A DNA stretch of 64,000 nucleotides from Candidatus Poribacteria bacterium. GTDB taxonomy: Bacteria; Poribacteria; WGA-4E; PCPOR2b. Positions within the stretch are counted from its first letter, which is position 1; every line of letters begins with the position of its first letter. The position numbers and the translations under genes are program-made. Where the stretch lies: assembly GCA_965218095.1 (NCBI GenBank), contig OZ244587.1:3840001-3904000 (forward strand). Reading direction: 5' to 3'. Positions 23,087 through 33,439 of the stretch are shown one piece after another. The notes under the pieces were generated by a model, which was not told the origin of the DNA, did no database searches, and worked only from the letters and a program-made list of their open reading frames with translations.

Positions 23087-24510
23087 TTACAGGCATAGCT
23101 TAGAAGTAACTCCTTTTTAGGTTGAGACACCCGGCGCTTCTGATAATTTCTTTCGTGCAGATAGTAGATTTCGAGTGACGTAAGCCGTTTTTGACTCTTA
23201 TGCGTCCGATTCCAACGCTGGCAAAGGTAACGCGCATAATCCTCTTTAAACCACAAAGATCTGAAGTGTCTCCGCCACCGATGGTTCTTGTGGATTGCAA
23301 TCACAAGTTCTGGTTTTTCCCAACTCACTGTTCTATCCGGATTGAGAAGATTGACCTGGGTTCCATCTTGAAGTTCACCGACGATTACATGCCAACCATC
23401 TTTTCTTGATGGGCCTCTAAACAACCCCCACCACTGATCTAATCTCAGGGTATACCCAATCGACTGCATAACTTGGGGAAAGGGAAATGATGGATTGACC
23501 ATCCTTAGATTCCAAAGCAGGACGTAGATGATAAAAAACGCAGCGAGCATATTCTTCCAAATCGCTCTCTCCTGAATAGGAAAAGAAACTTCCTGAACTG
23601 AAGTTTTGAATTTTTTTAAGAATTGGTCCCAAAACCAGCTCGGAACAAATAATAGCCAACTAGCTATACAGATGTAAGGAAACAGCCACAACTCCAGGGC
23701 AAGCCCCATACCTAAGTGAAAAATCATGAAACTAGCGATGACAAGGCAGCGCACTGGGCCTGAAAAAAACGGTGAGAAAGCAAGCAGTGGTCCAAATGCT
23801 TCGAGTCCCATCGTGGCATAGGTAAGAAACTTCAACAACAGCGGATGGAATTCGAGCAATAACTTTCCGAAGTTTGTAACGTATCGGTCAAGCATAAGCG
23901 CATAATAAACACTGGTGCCTCTGATTAACCAGTTCTTGGGTGATTTTAATGCGACCGAAAACCAATACACGAAACATATTTGCAGTAAGGCGGCGACTGT
24001 ACCTCCAGAGAACACGAGGTTGGATTCATGGAATTGATGGGGCTTCCTTAAATGGTCGATTGAGTAACGCGCCCCAAGCGGTAAAAACATGCTCCAAAAG
24101 AGCAATAGACATAGCAGATAATCGCCGCCCTGCATCACTAGCCAATTTCGAGAATTCAAGGAAATTGTCAGGAACCAGACAACGGGCGTCACAAAACGTG
24201 TGTGGTATCCTAAAAGCATTGTTGCCGCGAATAGACCCGCGATGATGAATAAAACGGTCTGATACTCTATCGAACCGTTAAGCAGATGCACAGACACGCG
24301 CCACTTTGGGGATTCCTCAATTACAGTGGCTATGGACAGCACACCACGATCTGTATAGTGAGCTTCTAAGTCAGAAAAACGCGCAATCAAATCTACAATG
24401 ATGATGAGCGCAATACTGATACGAAAAATGGCTAATGAACGTAGATCGATTCCAAATAATTCTTGTGCTTTTAACGTCCAGTGATGAATTCTGGATTGAT
24501 TACAGGGCAT
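23083..24510 (-). CDS. HTTM-domain membrane protein
   Basis: GIDLRSLAIFRI, GGDYLL.LLLFW.MFLPLGARYSID, LRLDQWWGLF; start set at ATG 24510 because the upstream ORF extension lies in IS5. Confidence 0.85.
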   Translation of the reverse strand: MPCNQSRIHHWTLKAQELFGIDLRSLAIFRISIALIIIVDLIARFSDLEAHYTDRGVLSIATVIEESPKWRVSVHLLNGSIEYQTVLFIIAGLFAATMLLGYHTRFVTPVVWFLTISLNSRNWLVMQGGDYLLCLLLFWSMFLPLGARYSIDHLRKPHQFHESNLVFSGGTVAALLQICFVYWFSVALKSPKNWLIRGTSVYYALMLDRYVTNFGKLLLEFHPLLLKFLTYATMGLEAFGPLLAFSPFFSGPVRCLVIASFMIFHLGMGLALELWLFPYICIASWLLFVPSWFWDQFLKKFKTSVQEVSFPIQERAIWKNMLAAFFIIYVLLWNLRMVNPSFPFPQVMQSIGYTLRLDQWWGLFRGPSRKDGWHVIVGELQDGTQVNLLNPDRTVSWEKPELVIAIHKNHRWRRHFRSLWFKEDYARYLCQRWNRTHKSQKRLTSLEIYYLHERNYQKRRVSQPKKELLLSYACK

Positions 24511-24548
24511 GTTCAACTTTTCGCAGATTTGAACCGATAAAGCTACTA

Positions 24549-25384
24549 GGTTCTGTTGACATTTCAAGGGAGCCATATAAGAGTGGCGACAAAGCTGAGA
24601 AATCCAAAATAACGGATAGATAACTTCTCGAACCGAGAGAAGATACGACGATACCATTTTGTCTTGTTGATGAAACATTCAACCCGATGTCTCTCTTTGT
24701 ATAAGCGTTTGTCATACGTTCTTTGGTCAACACGATGACTTTTGGGCGGTATCACCGCAATCGCTCCATTCGCCTCAATAACCGCGATAAAAGCGTCCGA
24801 ATCGTACTCCTTGTCTCCAATCACATATTCACTGTTATATCCGATTATCAACCCTTCCGCCTCAGCTATGTCATGTCTCTGACCGGGGGTCAGATGAATT
24901 CTTAGGGGATTGCCTAGTCCGTCAACTGTGATGTGATTTTTTGTGCTGAAACTGCCCCGAGACCGACCTAATGCTTGGTTTTCAGTGCTACCCTTTTTTT
25001 TAAGGCGCCAGCTTTTTAAGGCGCCCGCCGCACACGGGTGAGCGCGGCAGATGGTACTGTCCACAATAAGCGACTCGATATCGGGGTCAGAGGCGAAGTG
25101 GTGGTGCATCTGTGTGAAGATACCTTTGTCGCACCATCGAGCAAACCGCTTGTAGCGGGTGTTCGATTTGCCATAGGTGTCTGGTAGAAGTCTCCATTGA
25201 GCCCCGCTACGAGTCACCCACAGGACGGCTTCGACGAAGCGGCGTGTAGCAGCTTCGTCGCCAACATAGATGGTGGGACAGCTAAGAAGAAACCGGTATA
25301 TCTTATTCCATTGTTCATCAGGTAAGGTTATTGGCGTCATTCTTCTATTATGCCACAACCTTATACTCAAATGTCAACAGAACC
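24549..25384 (-). mobile_element. IS5-family element, copy 3, single-frame 268-aa transposase (24564..25370)
   Basis: Both TIRs present; a 16-nt insertion fuses orfA and orfB. Confidence 0.96.
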
Positions 25385-25487
25385 TAGTCTGTCAACTTTA
25401 GAATTGATGGATGGGACAGCGAGGCTCCCGCGTGAATCCAACTCAACTGAACCACCCATCCATCAAATTGAACTTGACAAAACGCTA
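25385..25487. mobile_element. ~100-bp MITE-like element
   Basis: Imperfect TIRs TAGTCTGTCAACTTTAGAATTGATGGATGGG / CCCATCCATCAAATTGAACTTGACAAAACGCTA; its end supplies the yqeK stop codon. Confidence 0.65.
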
Positions 25488-26108
25488 CTTTGATTCGCCG
25501 ATTTCTTGGAGCGCGCCGTTATAGGCATCGATTGTGTTTGGGTGAATGAGGGCGCTTTTGGCGAGGAGGTGTTCAATTTTATAACGGCTGACCTCAAACA
25601 CCGCCCGATTCAGGTCATGATAGGCAAGCTTACGTACCGGATCTGCCTCCTCATAAGGGCGCTTCGGTTCAGCAAAATCGGCGACATACAAGATCTTATC
25701 GATGCACGTCATCCGGCTGCGCCCGGTTGTGTGGGTTCGGATGGCGCTGAGAATCTCGGGATCATCAACGGCAAAGCGCAAAACTGCGAGCGTAGATCCG
25801 ATGATTGCGTGCAAAAGCGATGGGTTGAGGCGCTCGATTGCATCAAGTTGAATCCCATAATTTACCGCCGCTTCATACAATTCTGAATTGCTCATCCACT
25901 TCGCACAGTCATGTAAAAGGGCAGCGAGGTTCACTTTCTGCAAATCTGCTCCATATTTTTTCGCTAGGTCGATTGCCATATTCCGAACAGATAGGACGTG
26001 CGCACACCGCTTGGGCGTTAGCTTAGATTTGACATACTTTTCGATCTCAACCGCTTTCGGTTGTGCAAGGGGATCTACTTTTTCGATGTCGTTGTTATTC
26101 GTCTTCAT
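25485..26108 (-). CDS. yqeK: Symmetrical Ap4A hydrolase YqeK (HD domain)
   Basis: R.AH..SV, ALLHDCAK, AIRTHTTG, DKILYVADFAEP; nadD context. Confidence 0.92.
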   Translation of the reverse strand: MKTNNNDIEKVDPLAQPKAVEIEKYVKSKLTPKRCAHVLSVRNMAIDLAKKYGADLQKVNLAALLHDCAKWMSNSELYEAAVNYGIQLDAIERLNPSLLHAIIGSTLAVLRFAVDDPEILSAIRTHTTGRSRMTCIDKILYVADFAEPKRPYEEADPVRKLAYHDLNRAVFEVSRYKIEHLLAKSALIHPNTIDAYNGALQEIGESK

Positions 26109-26349
26109 TGATAATTTCGTCAACCTCTCCCACATCAAGCAGGAACTGCGCAAGCGCTTCTTCCTCCTTATCGACCATCGTGTCCGCATTAGGCAGCGGT
26201 GTACTAATTCTGTACTCTTCATTGAGCCACCTTCCGAGATCAATCGCTTTACATTGAGAACTACAGAAGGGAAAATTTGGCGGGAGTTTTTCACCGGGTT
26301 TATAATCAAATTCGTAAATTGTTCCACAGACACTACATCTGTGTTTCAT
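26095..26349 (-). CDS. yacG: DNA gyrase inhibitor YacG
   Basis: CSVCG...PFCSSQCKAIDLGRWLNEEY zinc finger. Confidence 0.92.
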   Translation of the reverse strand: MKHRCSVCGTIYEFDYKPGEKLPPNFPFCSSQCKAIDLGRWLNEEYRISTPLPNADTMVDKEEEALAQFLLDVGEVDEIINEDE

Positions 26350-26410
26350 GTGAAATCACCTTCCCTATGCGTGATGCGTGAATGAACGCTGCCCCCCCCC
26401 TTGGTCAAAG

Positions 26411-26992
26411 TTACCTGTATAGTTGACGGCGTTCAATATATTCCAGAACAGGTTGCGGGACAAGATATTGAATGGAACGTCCGGATCGGATGTGTTCACG
26501 AATCTCAGTTGCGGAAATGTCAACTCCCGTGATTGAAAAGTATTCGACGCGATTACGGAGATCGGGAGGTACTTTGTCAAGACAATAGTTCGGCCGAGTG
26601 GTTGCGATGAAACGACAGATATCCAAAATCTCATCAAAACCCTTCCAGATCTTGAAGTCGATTAACGAATCCGCCCCGATAATAAACGCAAGTTCACATC
26701 CTTCCCCGTAAAAGGCTTGTAGCTCCTTGATAGTCTGAATGGCGTAAGAAGGACCCACCCGATCCAACTCAATCCGCGACACCTCGAAATAGGGATTATC
26801 CGACGTTGCGAGGAGCGTCATCTGATAGCGGTGTTCCGGATCGATGATGTCCCGTCGATCTTTATGGGGCGGACGGGCGGAAGGGATAAAGAGAATCTTA
26901 TCATAACCTAAACCGTCACGCACCTCCTCCGCGCTCAACAGGTGAGCGTAGTGGATGGGGTTGAAAGTTCCGCCCATGATGGCAATTTTCAC
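26411..26992 (-). CDS. nadD: Nicotinate-nucleotide adenylyltransferase
   Basis: GGTFNPIHYAH, PPHK, IIGADS, ISATEIR. Confidence 0.97.
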   Translation of the reverse strand: MKIAIMGGTFNPIHYAHLLSAEEVRDGLGYDKILFIPSARPPHKDRRDIIDPEHRYQMTLLATSDNPYFEVSRIELDRVGPSYAIQTIKELQAFYGEGCELAFIIGADSLIDFKIWKGFDEILDICRFIATTRPNYCLDKVPPDLRNRVEYFSITGVDISATEIREHIRSGRSIQYLVPQPVLEYIERRQLYR

Positions 26993-27012
26993 AATTTAAT
27001 CCTTGATCAATC

Positions 27013-27500
27013 CTAGTTCTCGACCAATCTGTTCATTTCTGCTTCGATTATCGATTTGTTCTTGTAATAATAATCTAGTGCCTCAATGACCGCTTCGACA
27101 GGAAGTTTGAAGTCTTCCGCTATTTCTTTGATACCGAGAGTATCTGTCCCAGAACCATATAGCCCCGCGGGTCTTCCAGCCGACCCAGCAGCCGTTTGGC
27201 CTCTGCCTTTTTGCCCGATTCGGCCAGACTCCACACAAACAAATAAGCTGTCTCCTGATCTTTGGGATGGCGCTTCAGATACTGATCGAAATAGTAAATC
27301 GTTACCTAATCCAGTAGAGACGGGCCAGGTGGCAATACACCCTCGCCTGGGTCGAATCTAGTGCCATTGCCTTCTGAAAATGGGGGACTGGCACCCCGTT
27401 AGTCATTTTTCAAATCCAGGTAGGCCAACCCCAGGTGTGTCTCCACCCACCCCGAATCGGCCTGAACGGACTTGCGAAATACTTTGACAGCATCGCCGCC
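27013..27500 (-). pseudogene. Chimeric scraps: TPR-protein fragment joined to a DUF433-like antitoxin C-terminus
   Basis: YFDQYLKRHPKDQETAYLFVWSLAESGKKAEAKRLL (TPR-like, broken frames); IAEDFKLPVEAVIEALDYY (DUF433-like). Confidence 0.45.
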
Positions 27501-27752
27501 CTTTTTATACAGCAGGTGAAGCTACCCGATCATGGTCAGCACCTGAGCAGGCTCGGGTAGCCGTCTGGCGATCTTTTCCAGATCTTTGACAGCCTGTTTC
27601 ACATTGTCTTTGTGCAAAACCTTCAGCACCCAAGCGTAAATCGACTCGGCTCTGGCATTTCCCGAACCGACCTGAACACCGTATCTTTATGGGCACATCG
27701 AGAAGGAATCTGAAGTGATTGTGTTTCCGGGAGAACATATTGCTACGGTTTT

Positions 27753-28438
27753 CTACGGTCTGCGGCCACTATAAATCCCAAACAATCCGTATCTGTAGTG
27801 ACAAGCTACTTCCATAAATCCAACATTGCGCATGTCTTCTAACTGGTTCTCCAAAATATCATAAAAATTCTCAGGTCTGACACGAGCTTCATCGGGAATA
27901 TGTTCAAATGACTTATCAAGATTGACTTGATTTTCATGATTCTGTATCCATTCTCTCCAAAAATCATAATACCAATCTTCATAAATTTCCATTGCTGGTA
28001 GAACGACATCGACATTTACAAAATGCGAATCCGGTAACAGCATATTCCAGACTTTACCGAATACGGCCCGCCGCTGTGATGGCTCCAGGTGGTGTATTGC
28101 AAATGATGAAATGACAAAATCGAACCTCCCAAGATCTACAGCCTCATCAATTAGATCCTCAAAGCGCAACAGAACAAAACTTTCTATGCTATACTTAGAA
28201 AGCCTATTCTTGGCTGCTGCGAACATATCTTTTGAGCCATTAGCTGCCACAACTCGTATTCCAGAGTCCAAGCGACATAGTTGCTCAGTCACTATCCCAT
28301 CTCCGCACCCAAGCTCAAGCACTCTCGTTTCTCTGTCTCCAGCTACAAACATCTTTCCGGAAGAAAGTGCTGGGAATTGTCTTGATACTCTTGTGTGTAC
28401 TCCTTTTCATGCCACCTTGATTTTTCAAATTTTGCCAT
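27753..28438 (-). pseudogene. Class I SAM-dependent methyltransferase (CmoA-like), N-terminus disconnected by deletion/frameshift
   Basis: VLELGCGDG, FDFVISSFAIHHL; upstream MAKFEKSRWHEKEY...FLPER is in a different frame. Confidence 0.75.
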
Positions 28439-28662
28439 ATTATCTCCTAAAAATCGAATCCTTCTCAGCATTGGATCACGCTGGTATTATCTAGTCGATA
28501 TCCTGGGTGGGTACAGTCGATATCTGGTTCGCTTGGAGCACGTTTTGGCAACACACGGGAATCTGTTAAGGTGGCCTGTTGAAGGCCGAAACCCAGTTGC
28601 ATTTTTTGCAGGCACCCCTTACATTATGCGCTGAACAGCCGCCGTGTCATTCGGAGCCTCTC

Positions 28663-28899
28663 ATGCGCGTCATCATTTCATTCCTCATCCTGCTGGCGCT
28701 CCTATCGGCCCAGGATCGTCCGGTCGTCGCGGTCTTGCCCTTTGAAGAAGCCAATACCGATTGGCTCTCGCAGGGCCTGGCCTGGAGTCTATCGGACAAG
28801 CTTCGCTGCGTATCGGCTCTGAAAATAGCCGATACCGACCTGATTCTTCTGTTCGCATCGTCCCAACCAAGTTCCAGACGATTATATTCCGCCCATTGA
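28663..28899 (+). pseudogene. N-terminal fragment of a secreted TolB-N/CsgG-like protein
   Basis: Signal peptide then VAVLPFE...WLSQGLAWSL...L motif; truncated. Confidence 0.5.
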
Positions 28900-29252
28900 T
28901 CCCAAGTTGTTTCGCTTTTTATAGGGCTTTGGCCCAGATAGCGATAATGATTTTCCGCCTCGCTCAGACTTTTGCCTCGATCCTATGCCTCAAATAAGTC
29001 TTGGGAAAGTTCTTGTGCCAATTGCGGAATGGCATCCCTTTTGATCTGATATGTTCCGTTTAGGCGATAAAGCTCCATTTCAAGCATGTAACAAAGTTGT
29101 TGTGGTGTTTCATATTTAATCGACATTTGTTTCCTCCTCTCCTCTGTCCGTAAAATTAAAATGAACACCGTTCCTTCGACTATTGTAGCAATTGAATTAT
29201 ACTTGCCAGAGCCTCGCATGTCAACGGGAATTCTGACACGTGAAATTCGCTA

Positions 29253-29281
29253 TTGACAGATCGCGGGAGTTCAGTGATAAT
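29253..29281 (+). promoter_or_regulatory. Sigma70-like promoter upstream of rhaM
   Basis: TTGACA-17 bp-GATAAT. Confidence 0.55.
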
Positions 29282-29338
29282 TAGTATGCTAAGACTTCAC
29301 TCAACAACCGAACTATTTCAGTGATGAAGGAGGAAACA

Positions 29339-29671
29339 ATGAAACATTTTGGTTTGACAATCAACCTGAAAGATGATCCACAAATCATCGAACAGTACAA
29401 AGTGTATCACAGCAACGTCTGGCCTGAGGTATTAGACAGCCTGCGGACCATCGGCATCACGAAGATGAACATTTACCTAATCGGTTGCCGCCTGTTCATG
29501 GCGATGGAGGCGATCGATGACTTCGAGGTTGAGCAGGATTTTCCGCGTTACCTCGAACAGCACCCGCGCTGCCGTGAGTGGGATGAACTGATGCGAACGT
29601 ATCAGGATCCGGTACCTGAAAGAAAGCCAGAGGAATGGTGGGCATTGATGGAGCCGGTCTTTGAGCTCTGA
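29339..29671 (+). CDS. rhaM: L-rhamnose mutarotase family protein
   Basis: LKDDP..IEQYK.YH..VWPEV, W..MEPVFEL; AGGAGG RBS. Confidence 0.85.
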   Translation: MKHFGLTINLKDDPQIIEQYKVYHSNVWPEVLDSLRTIGITKMNIYLIGCRLFMAMEAIDDFEVEQDFPRYLEQHPRCREWDELMRTYQDPVPERKPEEWWALMEPVFEL

Positions 29672-29706
29672 TTGCAGGAGGCCAAAGCGGATCTGTCGAT
29701 TGTGGC

Positions 29707-29736
29707 TTGACAGACAAGATCGCAACTTGATATACT
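29707..29736 (+). promoter_or_regulatory. Sigma70-like promoter, now orphaned
   Basis: TTGACA-18 bp-TATACT with TG extension. Confidence 0.5.
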
Positions 29737-29765
29737 GATACGAATCGATCATAAACAACCTACCA

Positions 29766-30267
29766 TATTAACTTGACAATGGTATCCATTGTCAGCAAGC
29801 CGTGTAAATACACAAATGCATACTGACTGGTATCCCACGTCTGGGTAGTAAAACAATAGCGAAAACGCTGCCAGACGCGACGGAGGCTTTCGGCTAAGTC
29901 AGCAACAGCTTCGGTTGGCAAACCCCAACGGTTTATATCCGACAGATCATCCTTTTTGGCTGACTCGGTTTTTCTGATCTTCTGTATTAGTGAGCACGAT
30001 GGTTTACACTTTTTTTCACCGCCGAGGTACAGAGAACACAGAGGGCGCCCCGAGTCAAGATGGGCAATTCGTCCGCCTCTGTTCTCGTTTCCCTCGTTTT
30101 TTTCAACTGTAAACCATCACCTTGACCAATACAGTTTTTCTGGTCTTCTTTCTCATTATCCTACCCTCTAAAAGTTGATGTCAAATGTCGGTAGGATAAT
30201 CTAATGATTCACACAAAGTCGAGTCTGAAGCACTCTTGACGTTTAATTTAACATTGTCAAGTTAATA
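29766..30267 (-). mobile_element. 502-bp non-autonomous IS701-like deletion derivative
   Basis: Perfect 16-bp TIR TATTAACTTGACAATG; minus strand retains RWGLPTEAVADLAESLRRVWQRFRYCF...YAFVYLHGLLTM, resembling an IS701-type transposase N-terminus, ending abruptly at the TIR. Confidence 0.7.
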
Positions 30268-30289
30268 GCCGAAATTCCGACAGCTGAGG

Positions 30290-30390
30290 AGATAAATTAT
30301 TCCAAGACCCAGCAAAGAATTAACGCTCCACATGTATCATAAAATGATGGAGATTCGGCAGTTTGAAGAAGTCGCCGGTGGCCTCTACTA
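30290..30390 (+). pseudogene. 5' fragment of a 2-oxoacid/acetoin dehydrogenase E1 alpha gene, cut by IS5
   Basis: LHMYHKMMEIRQFEEVAGGLY matches the E1-alpha N-terminal consensus. Confidence 0.65.
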
Positions 30391-32330
30391 GGTTCTGTTG
30401 ACATTTGAGTATAAGGTTGTGGCATAATAGAAGAATGACGCCAATAACCTTACCCGATGACCAATGGAAAAAGATATACTCGTTTCTTCTAACTTGTCCC
30501 AACATCTATGTTGGCAACGAAGCGACAACACGCCGCTTTATCGAAACTGTTCTCTGGGCGACCCGTAGCGGTGCTCAATGGAGACTTCTGCCAGACACCT
30601 ATGGTAAATCGAACACCCTCTATAAGCGTTTTGCACGGTGGTGCGACAAAGGGGGCTTCACACAGATGCACCACCACTTTGCCTCTGACCCCGATATCGA
30701 GTCGCTTATTGTGGACAGTACAATCATTCGAGCGCACCCGTCTGCGGCGGGTGCCGAAAAAAAAAGGGTGGCACTGAAAACTAAGCGTTAGGTCGCTCTC
30801 GCGGGGGATTCAGTACAAAAATTCACATCACAGTTGACGGCCTGGGTAATCCCCTAAGAATACATCTGACGCCCGGTCAAAGAAACGACATAGCGGAAGC
30901 AGAAGGGTTGATACTTGGATATAAAAGCAAGTATGTGATTGGAGACAAGGGATTATGACTCCGACAATTTTATCGCTGTTATTGAGGCGAATGGAGCGAT
31001 TGCGGTGATACCGCCCAAAAGTCATCGTGTGGATCAAAGAGATTACGACAAACATCTGTACAAAGAGAGACATCGGGTTGAATGTTTCATTAACAAGATA
31101 AAATGGTATCGCCGCATCTTCTCTCGGTTCGAGAAGTTATCTATCCGTTATTTTGGATTTCTCAGCTTTGTCTCCACTCTTATATGAGGGGTGTGCATAG
31201 TAGTTCATTGGAAAACAGCCGCCATATGAGAGATATTGCGAGCAGGTAACTTCCATATGGCATTGGCAATCATAGCCACTTGCACTGATAACACCCCGAT
31301 AGCTAAACAACAGCGTACATTGAAAAACCCCTTGACCGGTAACTGCTTCTGTTGAGGAGTGGTGCCTATCACTTTAGCAATCAAGTCAAACAACGGTTCA
31401 ACCGAACTGCGACGTTTGCTTAAACAGAGACGCTGCTTGGGTTGGTTGATAAATCGATGATACGCCTTGGCAAACCGTCCCTTTGTCCATCTAAGTGCCG
31501 GGGTAATCAAAGCGACTTGTGCCTTCGCCCAACGACGGATACGGTCTGCTTGGGTATAGGCATCATCGGCAGTGAGTGTCTGCGGTGAAAGTTGTGTCAG
31601 AATCTCAGACGCTTTAGCATCTATCGCCCAACTTTCGGAGACCGACGCACGGTGCACAGTTATCAGTGTTGGGAACGCACCTTGTGTGCAGATAATGTGA
31701 AGTCCGTAGCCATAGACCCAGCCATGATAACCACTCTTGCTCCACGTGGCATCGGTGTCGAGGTTGCGTAGATGTTTAGGTACTTTTCCTGCTTTGCGGT
31801 CAGTTTGATGCCAGACGGGTCCTCGTGCCTTAAATAAACTTTTGTCGGCTACCAGATGAGCCAAGTTGAATTGTTGGGACAAGTCAGTGGCATACTGACC
31901 GATAAACAATACAAATGCCTCTATCACTTCATATAATGCCTTATAGCGACGTGCAATCGTGGTTCGATGAGGGGGCTGTTGCCACCCCAGCATTTGTAAC
32001 ACTTCTGGGTGATTGATTAGCCACCGCCATTGCGTTTTGAAGCCATAGATGCCGTGAAACTGCATCAACATGAAGAAAATGATAAACGAGGTGGTTGAAT
32101 ATGTCAATGGTTTTGCGTGTGTGACACCTGGTTTGTCAATACGGTGTTGCATAAACTGCTCAAAGAGTTGCATAATAAGAGTGACATAATCAGCCAACAT
32201 TGGTCTTTGTACCATATTGGGGCTCCTTTTGCTATGATAACAATAGGAAACCCTTTTGGCTTGATTATGTCAACTATATTTATGCACACCCCTCACTCTT
32301 ATATGGCTCCCTTGAAATGTCAACAGAACC
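30391..32330 (+). mobile_element. IS5-family element, copy 4, interrupted by IS-A
   Basis: Both TIRs; orfA 30405..30791; orfB damaged and split at 31185/32295. Confidence 0.95.
31186..32294 (-). mobile_element. IS-A copy 1: 1109-bp DDE (IS4/IS5/IS982-like) element, transposase 31205..32215
   Basis: TIR GAGGGGTGTGCATA; 10-bp duplication ACTCTTATAT; DKSLF, DATWSKSGYHGWVYGYGLH, ADDAY and RSSVEPLF motifs. Confidence 0.93.
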
Positions 32331-32393
32331 TAAAGAGGGCAGTTACCGGGATTCCTCATAGGGATCAACTTAACAGATCTAGCACACCTCTAC

Positions 32394-32453
32394 GCCCGCT
32401 GATGAATCAGCGGGCACGGTTCTTAAGCGCGGTGACTTCATCACCGCGCTTAA
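32394..32453. repeat. Two adjacent perfect hairpins (terminator- or REP-like)
   Basis: GCCCGCTGAT-GA-ATCAGCGGGC and TTAAGCGCGGTGA-CTTCA-TCACCGCGCTTAA. Confidence 0.5.
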
Positions 32454-32662
32454 CTTGATCCGTATGGGGGGCTGAAAATCCACTTCCACGATCGCGAGGG
32501 AAGACGCCAGTTTCGCGTCAAACCTTGGATCGGTTGCTTCGATCGCTTGATCGTGGATCCACAACGTTGTAATCCCAATCTTTCGATTGTGAACAACGTC
32601 GGGACTGTTAGTTTAGACTGTTCACTTGGACGATTACCGACAAAGGAAGAAGTGAAGGAATA

Positions 32663-33439
32663 ATGAAAAAAACAGTCGATTTCATTCAATCGATGAAACA
32701 AAATGCACAAAAAATCACGATGCTAACGGCGTATGACTACCCGACAGCCCGTATCTTAAATGATGCCGACATCGATATCATCCTTGTTGGTGATTCCCTC
32801 GGCATGGTGGTTTTGGGGTATGAAGACACCCGATCCGTCACGATGGCGGATATGCTCCACCACACCCGAATCGTTGCACGAGCCAACACCGAATGCCTGC
32901 TCGTCGCAGACCTGCCCTACCGAGCTTACGAAACCCCAGAACAAGGGGTTGAAAACGCACGCTTGCTACGCGACGCAGGCGCCGATGCGGTAAAGCCGGA
33001 AGGTCACAAACCGGGGATCGTGGAAGCGATCATTGACAATGGCATCCCGGTGATAGGGCATGTCGGGCTACTCCCGCAGACGAGTGATCGATTTCGGGTG
33101 CATGGACGCAAGCGAATCGAAGCAAAACAGATTGCCGTTGATGCAAAGGCACTGGAAGAAACCGGTTGTTTCGCGGTCGTCCTCGAATCTGTGCCGGATG
33201 AGCTTGGCACGAAGATTACACAAGCATTGCGCATCCCGACAATCGGAATTGGGGCTGGTCCTGACTGTGACGGGCAGGTGCTGGTTATTCATGATCTACT
33301 GGGTCTTTTTGACCGTTTCACACCGACATTTGTGAAGCAGTATGCAAACTTGCGGAAAGAGATCCACCGTGCTGTGACACACTATAAGCTCGAAGTTCAG
33401 CAGAGGCTCTTCCCCGATGAAGATCATTCATACCATTGA
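32663..33439 (+). CDS. panB: 3-methyl-2-oxobutanoate hydroxymethyltransferase
   Basis: MLTAYDY, LVGDSLGM, GHVGLLPQ, PTIGIGAG..CDGQVLV. Confidence 0.98.
   Translation: MKKTVDFIQSMKQNAQKITMLTAYDYPTARILNDADIDIILVGDSLGMVVLGYEDTRSVTMADMLHHTRIVARANTECLLVADLPYRAYETPEQGVENARLLRDAGADAVKPEGHKPGIVEAIIDNGIPVIGHVGLLPQTSDRFRVHGRKRIEAKQIAVDAKALEETGCFAVVLESVPDELGTKITQALRIPTIGIGAGPDCDGQVLVIHDLLGLFDRFTPTFVKQYANLRKEIHRAVTHYKLEVQQRLFPDEDHSYH

Noticed and set aside
24511-24678. 56-aa N-terminal extension of the HTTM protein
   Set aside because: Mostly read-through from the IS5 end, not part of the native gene.
26109-26333. Long N-terminal extension of YqeK
   Set aside because: Overlaps yacG in another frame; ATG 26108 gives a normal-length protein.
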